Positions 63,185-64,000 of a stretch of DNA of 64,000 bases are shown here, piece by piece. The notes beneath the pieces are model-generated. The model had not been told where the DNA came from. It did no database searches and saw only the letters and a list, made by a program, of their open reading frames with translations. Position 1 is the first letter of the stretch, and the number at the start of each line of letters is the position of its first letter. Location: NCBI RefSeq assembly GCF_030684315.1, contig NC_081371.1, positions 17,851,440 through 17,915,439 on the forward strand, given 5' to 3'. The position numbers and the translations under genes are program-made. Origin of the DNA: Stegostoma tigrinum (taxonomy: Eukaryota).

Positions 63185-64000
63185 AGAACATCAGATATAA
63201 CAGAAGAATTAGCCAATACAGCCCATCAGGTCTGCTCTGCTATTCAATCATGGCTAATGTTTCTCAACAGCATTCTCCTGCCTTCTCCGTGTAACCTTTG
63301 ATCTTCTTAGTAATTATGAAACAATGTATTCATCTGTCTTAAACACACAATGACTTGGCCTCCATAGCCTTCTATGGCAGTGAGTTCCATAGATTCACCA
63401 CTCTCTGGCTGAAGAAATTCCTCTTTATCTCAGTTCTAAAGGGTCATCCCTTAATTCTGAGGCTGCATCCTCAGGTCCTAGTCTCACCTAACAGTGGAAA
63501 TATCTTCTCCACATCCACTCTGTCAAGGTCTCGTAGTATTCTGTAAATTTAAATCAGACACCACACCCCCTCCCTCTAAACTCCTTCTAAACTCCACTGA
63601 GTACAGACAAAGAGTCCTCAACCATTCCTCATTATATGATGAGCCTTTTACTACCAGGGTCATTCTTACAAGCCTTCTGCAGACCCCATCCAAGGCCAGC
63701 ATATGCTTTCTGAGATTTGGGGGGAAAAAACTGCTCTCAAATATTCCAAATGTATTCTGACCAGAGTATTATAGAGCCCCCAAAAATATGTCCCTGTACT
63801 TGCATTCTAGGCCCCTTGAAATGAAAGCTAATATTGCATTTGCCTTCCTATCTGCCAATTGAATCAGCAAGTTAACTTTAAAAGAATCCCAAACCAGGAC
63901 ACCTAAGTGACTTTGATTCAGATTTCCGAGGAATATTTCCGAAATGGGGAAAGGCTATGTCTTTATTCCTCCTACCAAAGTCCATAACCTCTCACTTTCC
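63185..64000 (-). mobile_element. Degenerate CR1 3' half running off the window edge
   Basis: Reverse-complement CR1 3' UTR at ~63185-63300 and RT C-terminal remnants. Confidence 0.85.

Noticed and set aside
357-64000. Orientation bias of CR1 copies relative to PHF21B
   Set aside because: Both orientations are common and the counts are too small to claim bias.

Overview
Eukaryotic, repeat-rich genomic DNA, most likely from a shark (HE1-type V-SINEs, Deu-domain SINEs, CR1 LINEs). The window lies inside a minus-strand gene I recognise as PHF21B. Three phase-0 coding exons are present (62702-62959, 18119-18211, 4351-4695), separated by 44.5 kb and 13.4 kb introns. The introns are filled with CR1, RTE and L2/CR1-like LINE fragments, SINEs and Penelope-like elements (PLEs). 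The most striking structure is a PLE family present five times (16.7, 30.4, 35.0-38.7, 47.1 and 57.8 kb). Each insertion has a 14-16 bp target-site duplication (TSD) and two head-to-head copies of the element's 3' end, one with a ~35-40 nt tail and one starting at a fixed point without it. Each carries minimal hammerhead ribozyme motifs or remnants of them, and the smallest copies are near-perfect palindromes centred on the hammerheads. Other notable items: a tRNA-Gln-like unit fused to an HE1 SINE inside one TSD, a PHF21A-like exon retained in PHF21B, and a local inverted duplication of a CR1 3' end. Family names come from my recall of sequences, not from database searches; boundaries of old repeats are approximate.
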